Part shown: positions 1 through 13,210 of the stretch, in pieces
Position numbering within the stretch: position 1 is the stretch's first letter
Layout: every line of letters starts with the position of its first letter
Source of the DNA: the human T2T-CHM13v2.0 reference genome, Homo sapiens
Direction: 5' to 3' (one strand)
Length of the DNA: 64,000 nt
Assembly (NCBI RefSeq): GCF_009914755.1
Contig: NC_060942.1
Translations under genes and position numbers: made by a program
The notes under the pieces: model-generated
Database searches by the model: none
Told to the model about the DNA's origin: nothing
The model's input: the letters and a program-made list of their open reading frames with translations, nothing else

Positions 1-59
1 TGTTTCCTGAGGTGCATTCCAGGGTTCAGTATTCACTTGAAATTCTCCTCAGTTGATGC

Positions 60-290
60 TTTCCAGGGTCATAATGTTGATGATAGTACTAGTATATACT
101 CTTCTTATATATTTGCAAAGCCAAACAAGATATTAAAGACTCCAAAAAGTTCTGCAGCACAAAAATGTGTTTAGCTCTATTTAGCTTATTTTCCCAAACT
201 AGTTGTTATTCAATTTACCTTGATTCCTGCAAACACTGTTATTATCTCATGGGTTAGTGTTCCCTTGTGTTGAAGCTTTGGGAATCTTCT
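60..290. mobile_element. Old hAT-Charlie-type DNA transposon fragment (MER113/MER102-like)
   Basis: Degenerate match to recalled consensus (agttctgcag...tgtttagctctatttagc...tttcccaaact...tagtgttcc...ctttgggaa); boundaries approximate. Confidence 0.4.
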
Positions 291-788
291 ATCTAAGTGA
301 TGTCTTTGATGAAATAAATGCTGCAATGCATCTTCTCCTCCAATTTGGGAACAGTGGACAGAACACAGAACTCACACCGGGGCAGCTTAGCTCTGGCCCT
401 CAGGACTGACCAACAGTGTGATTTGGGATGAATAATGGAGCTGAATCAATATTTTCCCATAGGCTGAGTGGGGCTGATGACTCCCGTCTTCTCTCCTACA
501 AGCATCACAGGAATGGAGTGAGCTCACAGGTTGATAGTGTTTCATATATACAGGGAGGGCTGCTGGTTTTATGCACTGAGGTTTTAGTCTGAATACTGAA
601 CCAGGTCAGGAGTGTGTTAATATTATAACCAGATAATTTATTTGTACCATTGTCTCTAAACTCAAGTGATCTGAAATAATATGGTTTCAGTATTGGCCCC
701 TAATCTTGAGTAATCTCATAAAAGCAGAATTAATTTTAAGAATAAGGAGACATAGTCTGGCTGCCAATTGCCCTAAAAATGATCTGTG

Positions 789-1326
789 TGAAGGGGCTCA
801 GGATATGCCCCTCAAAATATGTCACTTTGGTATATTGATTGTTTTGAGCTGAAAGTGATACGGAAGCAGCAGATGCAAGACGAGCTTTCTGCCTAAAAGC
901 AGGGCATAAATTTTCCTTTGTAAAGGGGCCTCCTCATCCCCTACCAGGAAGTGCTGAACAACTGTCATCACTAGAGATAGCCTAGGTCTTCATAACGAAC
1001 CTTACCAAACAACTCTTATCTACTACACATTTCCTAGTCACCTTCTCATAGTTTACCATCTGTAGGAACCCAAACTACCTTTATCTCCACTTAGGCACTT
1101 AGCCAGTTTATTACCATTGGTTAACATAGCATATAAGCCCTCAGAACCAGCTGTCTCTTTGAGCTTTTACATATCTTCTGTGAAGCCCCTATGTGTGTAA
1201 AAATATTAACATCAATACAGAAACATATGCCTTTTCTTCTGTTAATCTATATTTCATCTGTTTAATTTGCTGGCCCCCCGGCTGCAGAACCTGAGAGGGC
1301 AGGGGGAAATGTTTTATTCTTCTAAA
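789..1326 (+). mobile_element. MER34-family ERV1 solo LTR
   Basis: Starts TGAAGGGGCTCAGGATATGCCCCCTCAAAATATG like MER34; flanked by 4-bp TSD TGTG (785-788, 1327-1330). Confidence 0.85.
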
Positions 1327-1958
1327 TGTGCAAAGGTCCTACATTGGAAACTTGAGAAACAGGATTCTAATGCAGAAACAGGCATTTATTCTGATTTGAC
1401 TGGGGCAAGCCAGTTATCTTTCGTTGCTGCTACTTCATGATATTTGGAAGGAGGATTTTTGACTAGGCTAAGGTCAAATTCCTCTCTGGATCTAGCACCG
1501 ATGTTTATATTAGTGCACAAAAGCACTCCTCCACTTTTGTGATCATGAAGAAGGGACACGTTAAAGAGTGATGGAGGATTTCAAATCCTCTCTTATTCTG
1601 AAGAGACGTTGAGGATTTCTGATCTCATTTTCTCACAAGTGTAGACTTTTCTTAAAGGAAGGAATCCAGATTCAGTATGTAAATGCACTATTGGAAAGTT
1701 GGAGTTTTTATGTTTAATTTCCTGGTAAGTTTCTAAAGCCCAGTGAGTACCTGTTGGACTCCTTTGGTACAACTATCTACTCTACCTTTAGCATCTATTC
1801 TGATACCTGGTTATCAGCTTAGAATTCACCTCCTAACTACAGAGGATCTGCCATATTAATTCCTGAGCTCCAGAGATTAGGGACTATCATGCTTTGGCTG
1901 ATCTAAATTTCCAAGAAGGTAAGCCCCCTTCCCAGAGCCCCAGTAAAGAAAAGTAAGA

Positions 1959-2241
1959 TGGGAGGCCAAGGTGGGAGAATCACTTGAGCCCAAAAGTTTG
2001 AGACCAGCCTGGGCAACATGGTGAAACCCCATCTCTACAAAAAATACAAAAAATTAGCTGGGCCTGGTTGTGCATGCTTGTAGTCCCAGGTACTCAAGAA
2101 GCTGAGGTGGGAGGGTCGCCTGAGCCCAGGAGGGCAAGGTTGTAGTGAGCTGTGATCACACCACTGCACTCCAGCCTCAGCGACAGAGTAAAATCCTGTC
2201 TCAAAAAAAAAAAAAAAAAAAAAGGAAAGAAGAAGAAAAGA
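1959..2241 (+). mobile_element. AluJ, 5'-truncated
   Basis: Alu dimer body with J-type features (cacttgagccc, gtgagctgtgatc), A-tail, near-perfect TSD aaagaaa(a/g)gtaaga. Confidence 0.9.
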
Positions 2242-3769
2242 AAAGAAAGGTAAGAGCTAGTTTCAGCAGCTCGACTGTAGGGATCACAACTTCTCTTTTT
2301 GTTGTTTTATTATTTTTTGCTTTTTGGTGGTTCTCCTGGATACATTACTAATAGGCTAATGGTTGGGGATGTTGGAGGGAGAATCAGAGAGGGAGCATTG
2401 GGCATTGTAACAAGCAAAAGGAGTGGATCCATAGATAAAAGTATTTAGGGAAGGATCTGGTTAGAAGAAACAAATGTGTCAGGCTTAGGATGCAAAGCAA
2501 ATATTTTATTCTTTGTTGTTTCTTCACTTGGACTGAGAAATCTGCTCATGGAGTTGGCAGTGAGATAGTCTACCAACCCCAGAAATGCCAATATGTCAAA
2601 AGGAAACCTTTTCCCTTCAGCAAATAAAATATTAAGTGGGCTCAAGGAAAGCCAGTGGGAAGTGGCCTGCAGAAAGAGATGAAAAATTAATTTTAATGCA
2701 TGGGAGACTAAGTAATTCACTTATTTCACAACCTCAATCAATTTTAATATTTTAGTATTTAATGCGAATGTGGTGCCTCTCATAATATTTTAAAAGTTGT
2801 TTCTCACTTTTTGGCTTTTGTCCTACAAGTTCTTTCTGTTTTCTTAGCCATTTTTCTGAGTATGCTGATAGGGAGGTTTCCATGGATTTAATATTACTCC
2901 AGGAAAGAATCTATCCTCTTCTACTCTCACTAGTTTAAAAAGTTATAAGTTTATTAAATAGGGAGCAAAGAAAGGAGAGAAGATCCCAAGCCAGCTTTTA
3001 GGCAGGCTGATTTTTGGAGAGGGCCCTGAACCCTGAGAGCCTCTCAAGTCTTCCAGGACAGGCCATTGTGTGGAGAGCAAAATGGAGTCATTTAGTCATT
3101 AGTTCGTCAGATAGCAGCCCAAGAGGGGAAGCTGTCTGCCTCTCCCCACAATTTACACATTTGTCTTACGAATTCACCAAGCTCGGTGATTTCTGAACAA
3201 CGCCAGCTGTTAGGGAGCCATTTCCCTGGCATTTTCCCCATAATTTGATTTGAAAGGAAAAGATTAAACTCAGTCGGACCCAGAACTGTCAGCCCAATGC
3301 CCTCAAAGAGTTGACAGGAAAAGAAAAAAAAATCCGCAGACTCTTTCAGTTGAAGAAATCACCTTTACCTGTGCATTAAGGAGAGACAATAAGGCATAGG
3401 CCAGAGGGTGAATGTGGATATAACCAACCATGGAGATTTCTCCTCCTAGAAAGATGGACTAAAATGAAGACTACAACTTTTGGGTAATACTAATTTTAGG
3501 AATAAAAGTTCAGTAGTACTTACATGGGCATCAGCTGGTATGACAATATTAGCATTCTCAAGATACTAATAACAACTAAGTTTTCCAAGATGTGGTGATA
3601 CCTCTTCTAATTCAATCATAAACTTGTCTTTTTATTTTTTCTATATCTGGGTAAATATGAATATCAGAATGTTTACATTTTATTAAATGCTTTTTTAACT
3701 TAATCCTCCCCCACAAGGATGATTTACATGATAATGTTACCTTTGTTTCTTTGTCCGGGTCATTCATTT

Positions 3770-3880
3770 CTAGAGGTTAACTTGCTCTAAGTGAAACAGC
3801 TAATAAATGCAAGAGCTGGGTTTTGGTTCAGGGCCTTTTCTCATCTTCACATCCTGGAGCCTTAGTCACAATGCTTTGTA
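3770..3880 (-). mobile_element. MIR fragment
   Basis: gaggttaacttgctctaagtgaaacagctaataaatgcaagagctggg resembles the reverse MIR core. Confidence 0.55.
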
Positions 3881-4237
3881 TCTTCTCTGAAAAATGCAAT
3901 GTAGAAGTGTGTTATAAAAATTCTAACTACTGGAATAGCATGATTTTTCACTAATACCATCACTCATATTCTTGCAGAATATAAGCGCTTTAAAAATAGT
4001 CCTCTTGAGCTTGTTCTCATTGCCCTTCTGCTCCGGGCTCTATTTCAGCTTATTGAGGGACACTTTCAGAGGACCACGATTTCCTCTGTTGACACTATCC
4101 TCTTAATTTAGTGGCAACTCCAAAATATTTCTAATTTCATTTGATCAGTAAGTCAGTGTTTAATATAAAGAAATGTATTATATATTCATAACATAAAATA
4201 TGATTTCAGTTTATAAATAATCCAGTTCTCTTTTTTT

Positions 4238-4350
4238 TCATAGATGAACAAAGAGCCAGGCATAGGCACTCACTTTCCCAGAGACACACAACTTTCTGGG
4301 TGCCAAGCCAGACCTGGTCCCAGTATCCTGTTTCCTAATCTAGTGCTTGT
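4238..4350 (-). mobile_element. MIR fragment
   Basis: catagatgaacaaagagcc...actttcccagagacacacaact resembles the reverse MIR core. Confidence 0.5.
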
Positions 4351-5593
4351 TCTAATGTTTCATTTCAAACACATTTATACTTTCTTTACACCACTTCTTA
4401 GAATAATGAGACCTATATATATATTGTCTGTAATATGTATATATGTAAAATTTACTGTGTACATTAGCACTTTTATTTTTCTCCCTTCACCCTTTTAATG
4501 TAATATTTCATATGGCTTCCCTGTTTTCAACAATTATGCCTTAAAGTTCCCCCATTTTTTCATTCACAACAGTGCCTAGGACAGTTCTGAGAAAACATTA
4601 AGTCCTCATTAATTATTTAATGATTGATTAATCATCTTTGAGACGAATTTGCATGCATTTATGATTTTAAATTCCTCAGTATGTCATTTTTATTATTTCC
4701 TATTTATTTTTTATTGGTAGACTTCTATTAAACTCAGAGGTCATCTTGTGGTGCTGAGACTCTGAAACCTATATTCCAAGAGCAACTAGGATACCATAGA
4801 ATTTGGTTCTGTTAATAGCTCCTTTGACATTGCTGAAAGTTACTAAATCTAAATTTCCATTCCCATATGCCAAGATGCCTCCCAGTGATAAAAAGTAATG
4901 AAACTGCATTAAATAACAGAAATGCTTGCCTTAAGACCCTTAGGGGGTCCCTTTGTCTTCATTCTGAGTCCTTTGAACTTGGCATGATGGAGTGGAGATA
5001 TCATAGGAAAGGAGAAACACAGGTGGGCAACCAGGAAAGTATTTGAGAGAGATGATTTGAAAGAGAAGGATATTAAAGAGGGACCCCAGACTTCAATAGG
5101 GGTTTACCTTTACTTGGGTTCCTAAGTAATTTTTGTATTAAGCAATGTAAAAAGATAGAATTTTGCTTTAAGGAATCCCAGAGATTGAAAGGCAGGTTAA
5201 CCAACTTATAACTACACAGTGCAAATCATTTCACCTAAGGGGAAATACACACACACATACGTGTCTGTGTCTCTGTGTGTATCACATAAATAATATTCCT
5301 TGTTGATTCAGTTAACTGCTTTGTACTTGAAAGGACATAGGATGGCTTATAGAGATTTATCAACTATAACTGTATAAGACATTAAGAGAAGGTAAGAAAG
5401 AAAAATTAACAACAAAAGAGATTTAAAATGAAGCCAAGAATGAAGCATATATAAAATACATAGCATATAAAAAGGGTACATTTTATCTACATAGGTCAAT
5501 AAAACTCTAGGGTCAAAGGGTTCTGATATTCATGAGCCATGTTACTTTGGACAAGTTTGTTCATTAATTTGGATAAGATTTGGTAAGTGCTGT

Positions 5594-6293
5594 TGACACA
5601 GACAGGAGACAGGGAAATACTGGGTAGAAGAGGGAGGTTCCCTGGCAAAGACCCCACGCTCAAGTCTGGAGAGCTGTGGCCCTAAATGGGGACAGGCATT
5701 GCTGTTTTCACACCCAAAAAGTTACCTTTTGGCCTGCCATGCCTCCAGATGAGCAGGTAAGGAGATGAGGAGACAAGCAGACAGACGGCAGAACGACACA
5801 GCAGAGAAAGAGAAGAGGAGGAACTCCTGAGTGCCAAGAGTTCGGCTGGGGGCAGTTGGAGAGGAGTTTGACCACTGGACTGGACTTCCAGGAGAAAATC
5901 ATCTTCCCATTCCATACTCCCTTCCAGCTCCCCATCCATCCTGCTGAGAGCCACCTCCACACTCAATAAAACCTGCATTCATCCTTCAGGCCCATGTGTG
6001 ACCTGATTCTTCTGGGATGTTGGGCAAGAGCTTGGGATACAGAAAGCTGTCACACTGGCCCTCTGCCCTTGAGAAAAGGCAGAGGGTTCATTGAGCTGTT
6101 AACACACTCAAGCTGTCCAAGGATGGCAGGGCTAAAAGGGCACACTGTAACACACACACACCTGGGCTCCTGCACCTGTCTGTCTATGTGCTCCCCCTCC
6201 CCTCAGGGGTTTGAGTGGTGGCAACAGCCCAACAGGCGAGCCACACCCATGTCACATGTCCTGCAAGGGGGATAAATGAATGCTCCCATTTCA
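5594..6293 (+). mobile_element. ERV1 solo LTR, LTR1/LTR27 group
   Basis: TG...CA termini (TGACACAGACAGGAGACAGGGAAATACTGGGTAG...TTTCA), internal AATAAA, 4-bp TSD CTGT (5590-5593, 6294-6297). Confidence 0.85.
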
Positions 6294-6709
6294 CTGTGTT
6301 TTCATATACTTACAGAACATTTCTCCTGCCCTGTGGAAACTGGCAGTCTAAGTAGGAAAATAAGAGTTACTCGATGGAAACGATTAAAATGGACTTTTGT
6401 AATTACATATACATGCTCCATCTCTCTTAAGCCTTGATCTCATCCTCTTTGCTTCTGTTTCAGCCATGCTGCTGCCAATGCTCCCTGCCCACTTGCCCTG
6501 TGGACAGTCACCTCTGGTAACAAGTGTGTTCTGTCTTGTCACTTCTAACCCAAGGCATTCCTTTTGGACAGAAGCTTCAGGGAAATCCCTTCCACTGTCA
6601 GCAACTGGAGTGTCTTCAACATTTTTTCTTGAGTCACCATCTTTTGCTATATTATTTTTTCTTTTACTATTTTTCTTTTAACCAAAGTCTTATCCTATCC
6701 CAATTTTTA

Positions 6710-7041
<332 letters not shown>

Positions 7042-9150
7042 TGTATCCTATCCCAATTTTTAAAATCTAATTTATTTTTCCTCCAGGATCCTCCATACAT
7101 CTACATCACCCAGTGCCCTCAGGAGCACATCCAGTCCCTATATCACAGCCTTTGTCATTTCTATCACTCTCAACGGCTGCATTTGCTCTTGCCCCCTGGG
7201 GTTTTACTCTCATTTAACTTTGACACATGTCTTCATTACCTCCTTGAGAGGAACTCCAGGGGCCTAGAAAGAACTGCTGAAAGTGGCTCATACAGTTTCT
7301 CAGAGGCAGTAAGAATTGGATGATGCAAATTTTAGAGGAGAGAGTTGTTATATCTTGAAGGAACACAGCTGTGAGACACTTTTGCTACTCACTGATGAGA
7401 AGGAAGCCAGTGCTGGGATAGACCAGTCTGAAAGAAGTTGAGTTGACCCTGAAGTCCTAAGGCCCAGCATTCAAAGGTGGGGAATAATTCTACCTGATGC
7501 AAACTGAAGTTTGAATCCAAGAGGACAAAGCTGTAAAAATTTCCTGAAAGTAGTTGGATTCCAGGTATCACACAAGATATTAGTATGCAGTAATGTATGC
7601 AACACACGTCAGGTTGCATGGAGCTTTCAGAACATCATGATCAGCCTCCATCTAAATACCCACAAGAATCCTGGTTTTGGAAACCTTATGGAAATGAATC
7701 CACATAAGAAAAGCTATATTCTATTGCTAGAGAAGTTCCCGTCTTAATAGTTTAATGAGTATGTTTGTAAAACGTATGAATGTTTTAAATTTTTAAGAGG
7801 AGATATTGAGCATAATTAAAATTTGTATGTAGCTTTTCAAGGTCATCATAACAAATATATATTATTTTATATTTTTAATTTTGTGGCATTATTGGGGGCT
7901 TTTATGATAAAAAAGGCTATCTGCCTTTACTATTAATGACTTCAAATTATAGTGATGGTTGGCTTTCTACAACAACTTTTCATTGTTTTACTGCAGTATT
8001 TATATAATACATATACATATATATCTCATATATATACACATATATCCCACAATAATACCATATGTGTTTATGCATGTGTATGACTATATACAATATATAG
8101 TGACCTCCATAAGCTTTTTAAACTACCTCTTTCAGTTTATTAAAAATAGATATGTCCCTAATTATGAGAGTCTTTAAATTTTCTGAGATCAATACTTTCA
8201 ACTTAATGTTATAATTTTTAGTATGTTATAATTTCCAGTCAAAATAAATGTTGGGGTAGCTTAGTGGCCAAAGTTCAGACCATTCAATTGCATAGAGGTT
8301 GTGGGTTGTCCACAGAGAAACTGGTATCACCCACCTTTTCGTTGTCAACAGGCAAATCCAGGTACAGATTCTGTTCCAAGTCTTTGGAAAAAATAGATAC
8401 AGTTGGGGAAAAATATTGCTTTTTAAAAATCTGAACACAAGACTGATTATACATTTAATCAATGTACCAGGTATCCCATTCCATGACTTGGTAATAGAGC
8501 TTTTCCTGAGGCCATGGAATTAATGTATCCTTGGAAAATCCCATGTAACAACTCCTTGAGCACCGATTAACCTTGAAATATGGGGTAAAAATCATGCTTT
8601 AGTGTCTCAATTTTCTGTTTTTCTTGGGATCAAACATCAAGAGTTAGAGACCTCCTGAGAGACAAATCATTTGACTGAGAAGAATGTTTGCTGTTGTTCT
8701 GCTTGTACTTGAACTGAGATGGGAATTGGATGTCTGGGATCAGCAGTGGAGTGGGAACAGAAAAACATACACAATATGAGTGGCAAGAGTGGAACTAAAG
8801 ACTGATGCCAAGAATGAAAACTGGCTGTCTAAAAAGAGGATGCCAAGAGCCAGGTGGAAAAGTACCAAGATTTGTATCAGGAAATATGAGGCTAAATCAG
8901 GAAGTTGGAGGGAACCTGAGACTGAAAAAGTTAAGAGGAAGCTACGGTGTGGTATTTCCTTAGCGTCTGACATTGGGCAACTGTTCCTAAATGTGTCCCT
9001 TCTGCACTTGTACCACAGGCAGTTTCCTGGAGCCTGGCACTTTTGATTTTATTGTGGGATTTCTCAAACATTGGTTAATAGTAGACTTTCCAGGAAGCCT
9101 TGTTAAAGACATAAATGTCCTTGTCCAAAACCTAATATACTGGTTTAGGG

Positions 9151-9369
9151 CAAGAATTGGTAAATTTTTTGTATAAAGTACCAATAGTAAATGTATTTGG
9201 CATTGTGAGCCACATGATCTCTATTGCAACTTATCATCTCTGTTCATCTAGCACAAGAACAGCTATACATAATATGTAAATAAGTGAACATGGCTGTGTC
9301 CAACTAACAAATCTTTATAAAAAAGGCAGTATGCCAGAACTGGCCCAAAGACTGTTTTGCTGACTTGTG
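9151..9369 (+). mobile_element. MER58A (hAT-Charlie MITE)
   Basis: Match to recalled MER58A (atagtaaatgtatttggc...gaacatggctgtgtccaa); similar 8-bp flanks gtttaggg/gtttagaa. Confidence 0.8.
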
Positions 9370-9638
9370 GTTTAGAACAGTATTATTCCTTTCCCCAACA
9401 TAGTAATCTAATACATCTTGAAAAGAAATTAGCAAAACATGGTGGCTTCAAAATAGAAAGCCAACTGTTTCTCTTAATGATCTATATAGTTTTGCAGATA
9501 ATGTTATTATTGGTGCTCAATATCTCTGTGTTCAAACGTTGTCAAGAGATGGATTTACAAAAATGTGGTGGCAAATATAGTTTGTTTTGGAAGCTACTGG
9601 AAGAGGATCGTTGTTCTCCAAGTAACTCACTCACTTAC

Positions 9639-9702
9639 CTGCTGTCATGTTAGAAGTTCCACCTTTAGCAGGTCAATTCCATTCATAGCAAAAATACGAT
9701 TC
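9639..9702 (-). other. Candidate 64-nt internal exon of a minus-strand transcript (non-coding or 5'UTR)
   Basis: Minus strand reads ttctcttctttcatttgcatactgtttcag|GAATCG...ACAGCAG|gtaagt: pyrimidine-rich acceptor and a consensus CAG|GTAAGT donor; stops in all three frames. Confidence 0.45.
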
Positions 9703-10189
9703 CTGAAACAGTATGCAAATGAAAGAAGAGAATATTTATTCCTACCTTCATGGAGGAAGAAGAGCAAATTTCTCTCTGACAGTTTAAAGACTTCTGAGAA
9801 TGTAAGCAATATTTATTTATTGAGAAGAAAAATGATTTGAAGACAAAACTATGGAGATTATTCTAGGCTAGCATCCAGGATTAACAGCTAAGTGAGATTG
9901 TTTATAAAGTCCTTTTCAGTGAGACAAGGGTTTATTGGGATGTGGGACAGAGGGAAGAGGAATGTAGATTTAATGTTTAGTTTAGGCAGGCTTTCTCTGT
10001 GTGTGTATGTGTGTTGTGTAGGACATGGTTGTGAAGGCAATGATAGCATGCGTTAAAGAAACGAGCAGCATTTAAATGAAATGTTCCCAAAGACATTCTA
10101 GTCAAACCCAGCTCCTCCATTAAGGAATCAGCTCATCTTTTGCCTCTGGGTGGGGTGTAATCAGTTTCCTGATTAGCATTTGCTGTCAC

Positions 10190-10320
10190 AAGGATTTGAA
10201 GTTGCTTCTACATGACTCAGAGAGTCACTATGAGCTCAGGGAGAGCCGGCTCCCTGTAACTGCTGGCGAGTCTCAGTGGGCGCATGACTCCTGTGCACAT
10301 GCCACAGTCAAATGTAGACA
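10190..10320. promoter_or_regulatory. Candidate AP-1 enhancer
   Basis: TGACTCA at 10213-10219 within the inverted repeat TGACTC-AGA-GAGTCA, a further TGACTC near 10286, in unique sequence. Confidence 0.35.
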
Positions 10321-10754
10321 AGTGGCAAACCTGATGTTTGTTTTGGGGCGCTTTTAAGTCTAGCTCTGTGACTGCCCCTCTGTCTCTTTTGAGCTTCCCT
10401 TATTTTGTTGTTTTGACACATTGGTCCTAAGTCTTTATAGAAGTACAGGACTTTCTTGGGCTCCCTTTTTAAACAAAACAAGACTGAAGCCCAGTTTATC
10501 TTCCAAAGGAGAATACTGTGCCCTAAGAAGGGACTTGACTTCTGGGAAGAACGAGTTTAATAAACCAATCGAAGATAATACCTTTACTAGTTATTTGATT
10601 TTTTTTTTCAATTATTTGCCTCTTACTGGGGGTTCTATACTCTTTCCTCACAAGGATTCACTAATTGGAAATTTCATTAGGAGATAGTTTCAACCACCTC
10701 TGCAAGCTGTCACATTTGGAATGGTTTTGGATCAGAATTCTACAGTTAATTAAA

Positions 10755-10870
10755 TGACAGGAGACCTGGGTTTTTGTCCTGTCTCAAATTACTAAATTAG
10801 CTATAAAATTGTTTTCCCATTATCGATCTCAGTTTTCTCATTCTATAAAATTAAGGTTTGGAATTACATC
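10755..10870 (+). mobile_element. MIR fragment
   Basis: ggagacctgggttt...tctcagttttctcattctataaaat resembles the MIR core. Confidence 0.55.
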
Positions 10871-11667
10871 GTTACTGCTTGAAATGCAGAATAAGCTAAT
10901 TTATACTAAAGTATTAATGACTGACAGTGGCTTAATTTGTTAGTTATCCAGGAACAGTGAAATTTGAAAGCCCTTAGACCCTAGAGGTTCTGCAGCAGTC
11001 TCACTTTAGTCACCATTGTCAATGCAGAGAGCTTCCCAATTTCCTTCAAATCATCATTTAGAATGCAGTTGCAATTGAGGCAGACGGAAAAATGGTCAGA
11101 AAACAGAAAATGTTTTTGTTAAGGATAGATGTTTTCTATAATTGCTGTGAGAATTTTGAGTAGGGAAGAACCTTAAGCAGGCACGGGTAATCAGACATGC
11201 TTTACATGCTGAGATTTGGTGGAGGGGTTGGTGCTTTTATGTGCAAACCATCCCAAAAGATTTTGAGACAGAGAAACCTGTGCCTACTTGGTTTTGGCAC
11301 ATAGTTGTCACCACTCTGCATATGTACTCTGAACATTAATCCACATTCTTCTCCCCCCTGCTCCACAACCCCATAGACTCCTATCTCATTCAAAACGTTT
11401 TTTTAAAAAATAAATCATCTTGCTTAGCTATAATGCTTGATGCAAGCTTAGAACAATAGCCACAGTTCTATCTTCAGCTCATTTCTCTCCTCTGCCTGAA
11501 TTGCTTACCCCATGGGGGTAGGAATGATTTTTCTCTTCTTTCATTTTGCATACAGTGTTAGACTATAAATCTTCCATATCTGATTGGACTCTGCCCAAAT
11601 GACTATTCCCTCTTAGATGAGAGATATATTTCTTAATGTGTTATTCAGGCCGCTCAATTTATCTCTT

Positions 11668-11965
11668 CATTCAATAGATAATGACATGGTGTTGCAGGCA
11701 CTCTGTAGATGTCAGAGTTTGTGAACACAGCAGACAACATCCCTGTCCTCATGGAGTCTGCGTTCTGGCAAGGACAGGCTGACAATTAACAACAAAAAAA
11801 CCCCACATATATCAGCTTGTAAAAGTGTACTCTGGAGAACAATAAAGCAAGGGGAAAAGCAAGAGTGCAAATGACCAGAGGTGGATGCTTTTTAAATGGG
11901 GAGGCCAGAGAAGGTCCGTCTGAATAGGGAATATTCGATCAGATCTGAAGGAACTGAGCAGGTAT
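11668..11965 (-). mobile_element. L2 3' fragment
   Basis: gtgaacacagcagacaacatccctgtcctcatggagtctgcgttct is a typical reverse L2 3' end. Confidence 0.7.
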
Positions 11966-12145
11966 GTTACATGAGATCTAAGTCAGGCTGGTTCCTGGCC
12001 AATATGAATTTTTCTCATACACTGTTCCCAACTATTAGTTATCTTCTTCCTTATGCAAATGTGGCTTTTTCTGCCCAGAATCTCCCCTCTCATCACTCAT
12101 TTTGAGTCATCCCCTCCTTTGTTCAAGAACCCTCTTTGGTATTTA

Positions 12146-12833
12146 CAGTTGATGTTCATTATTTGCAGATTCCATTTTTGCAAATTTCCGTACTTACTAA
12201 CATTATTTGTAATGCCCAAATCAATACTCACGGTGTTTCCATGGTCATTTGAGAACATGGGCATGCAGAATGGAGAAAAATTTGAGTCACCCTATGTGTA
12301 CTTTCCAGCAGAGGTTGAACAAAGAGATACTCTGCTTTCTTGCTTCAGCTCTCCTATGGTAAACAAGGGTCCTAGTTGTCATCTATTTGGTGTGACATTT
12401 TTCACATTTTTGTGCTTTTTAATGCTTTTTGGTGGTAATTTAGCTGTTTAAAATGGCTCTCAAACACAGTGCTAAATTGCTGTCTGATGTTCTGCAGCAA
12501 GTCAAGCAAGAAACCTGGGATGTACCTTCTGGTGAAAATAAGTGCATTAGGTAAGCTTCATTCAGGCATGAGTTATAATGCTGTTGGTTGTGAATTCAAT
12601 GTTAATGAATCAATGAAATATATTAAATGAGGTATCTTAAACAGAAACATACATGAAAAAATGTTATATATTGATTAGTTGACAAAAATGTTGTGGCTAG
12701 GGGCTCACAGGAACCTAATCCTGTTTTTAGCCTAGGAGCAAAATGATTCTGTGTTTTTGTTAATTCAGTGCCAGTGCAGCGTTCCTGGTGACTTTATACA
12801 ATTTTATACACCTGTGAGTAATGAGAATCAATG
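12146..12833 (+). mobile_element. MER82 (TcMar-Tigger DNA transposon), near full length
   Basis: TA|CAGTTGATGTTCATTATTTGCAG start, matching inverted end (gtgagtaatgagaatcaatg), internal aagcttcattcaggcatgagttata; explains ORF 12053-12451. Confidence 0.85.
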
Positions 12834-13074
12834 ATATCTTCTAGGTCTTGTCTCTAAAATAATTTATTTTGAGGTACGTTACATTTTAGTACTTGATTAT
12901 GCTCTAATTAATTATCTGCTACATTTGCTTCTGACCTCTTCTCTAATTGTTTTATACAGTGTTTTGGTCCATCATCACTTTGATCAGCTGTCAATTATTG
13001 AGCATCTACTATATTCCCAAAACGGGTTAGGGATTTTCATTGTCAGGACCCTGAAAAGTAGATATTTGGAAGCC

Positions 13075-13210
13075 ATTTTACAAATTCAAACTCTGTCGCC
13101 CTGAGAGGTTAAGCGATTTGCCCAAGGTCACTGTGCAAATCATGCTAAGGAACCTGCATTTGCTCCCAGGTTTGCTTGACTCTGAAGCTTTTATGTTTTT
13201 GCACAGTTCT
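13075..13210 (-). mobile_element. MIR
   Basis: gagaggttaagcgatttgcccaaggtcac...tgactctgaagc. Confidence 0.75.

Noticed and set aside
3369-3445. Second minus-strand exon candidate (tttctag|...cacag|gtaaag)
   Set aside because: Only moderate splice signals of a kind common by chance; kept as a secondary target if the minus-strand transcript is confirmed
8351-8362. Possible 10-nt plus-strand microexon (cag|GCAAATCCAG|gtacag)
   Set aside because: Weak donor, not frame-preserving, and no plus-strand host gene is evident
12053-12451. 132-aa ORF
   Set aside because: Mostly reads through the MER82 transposon; not a gene
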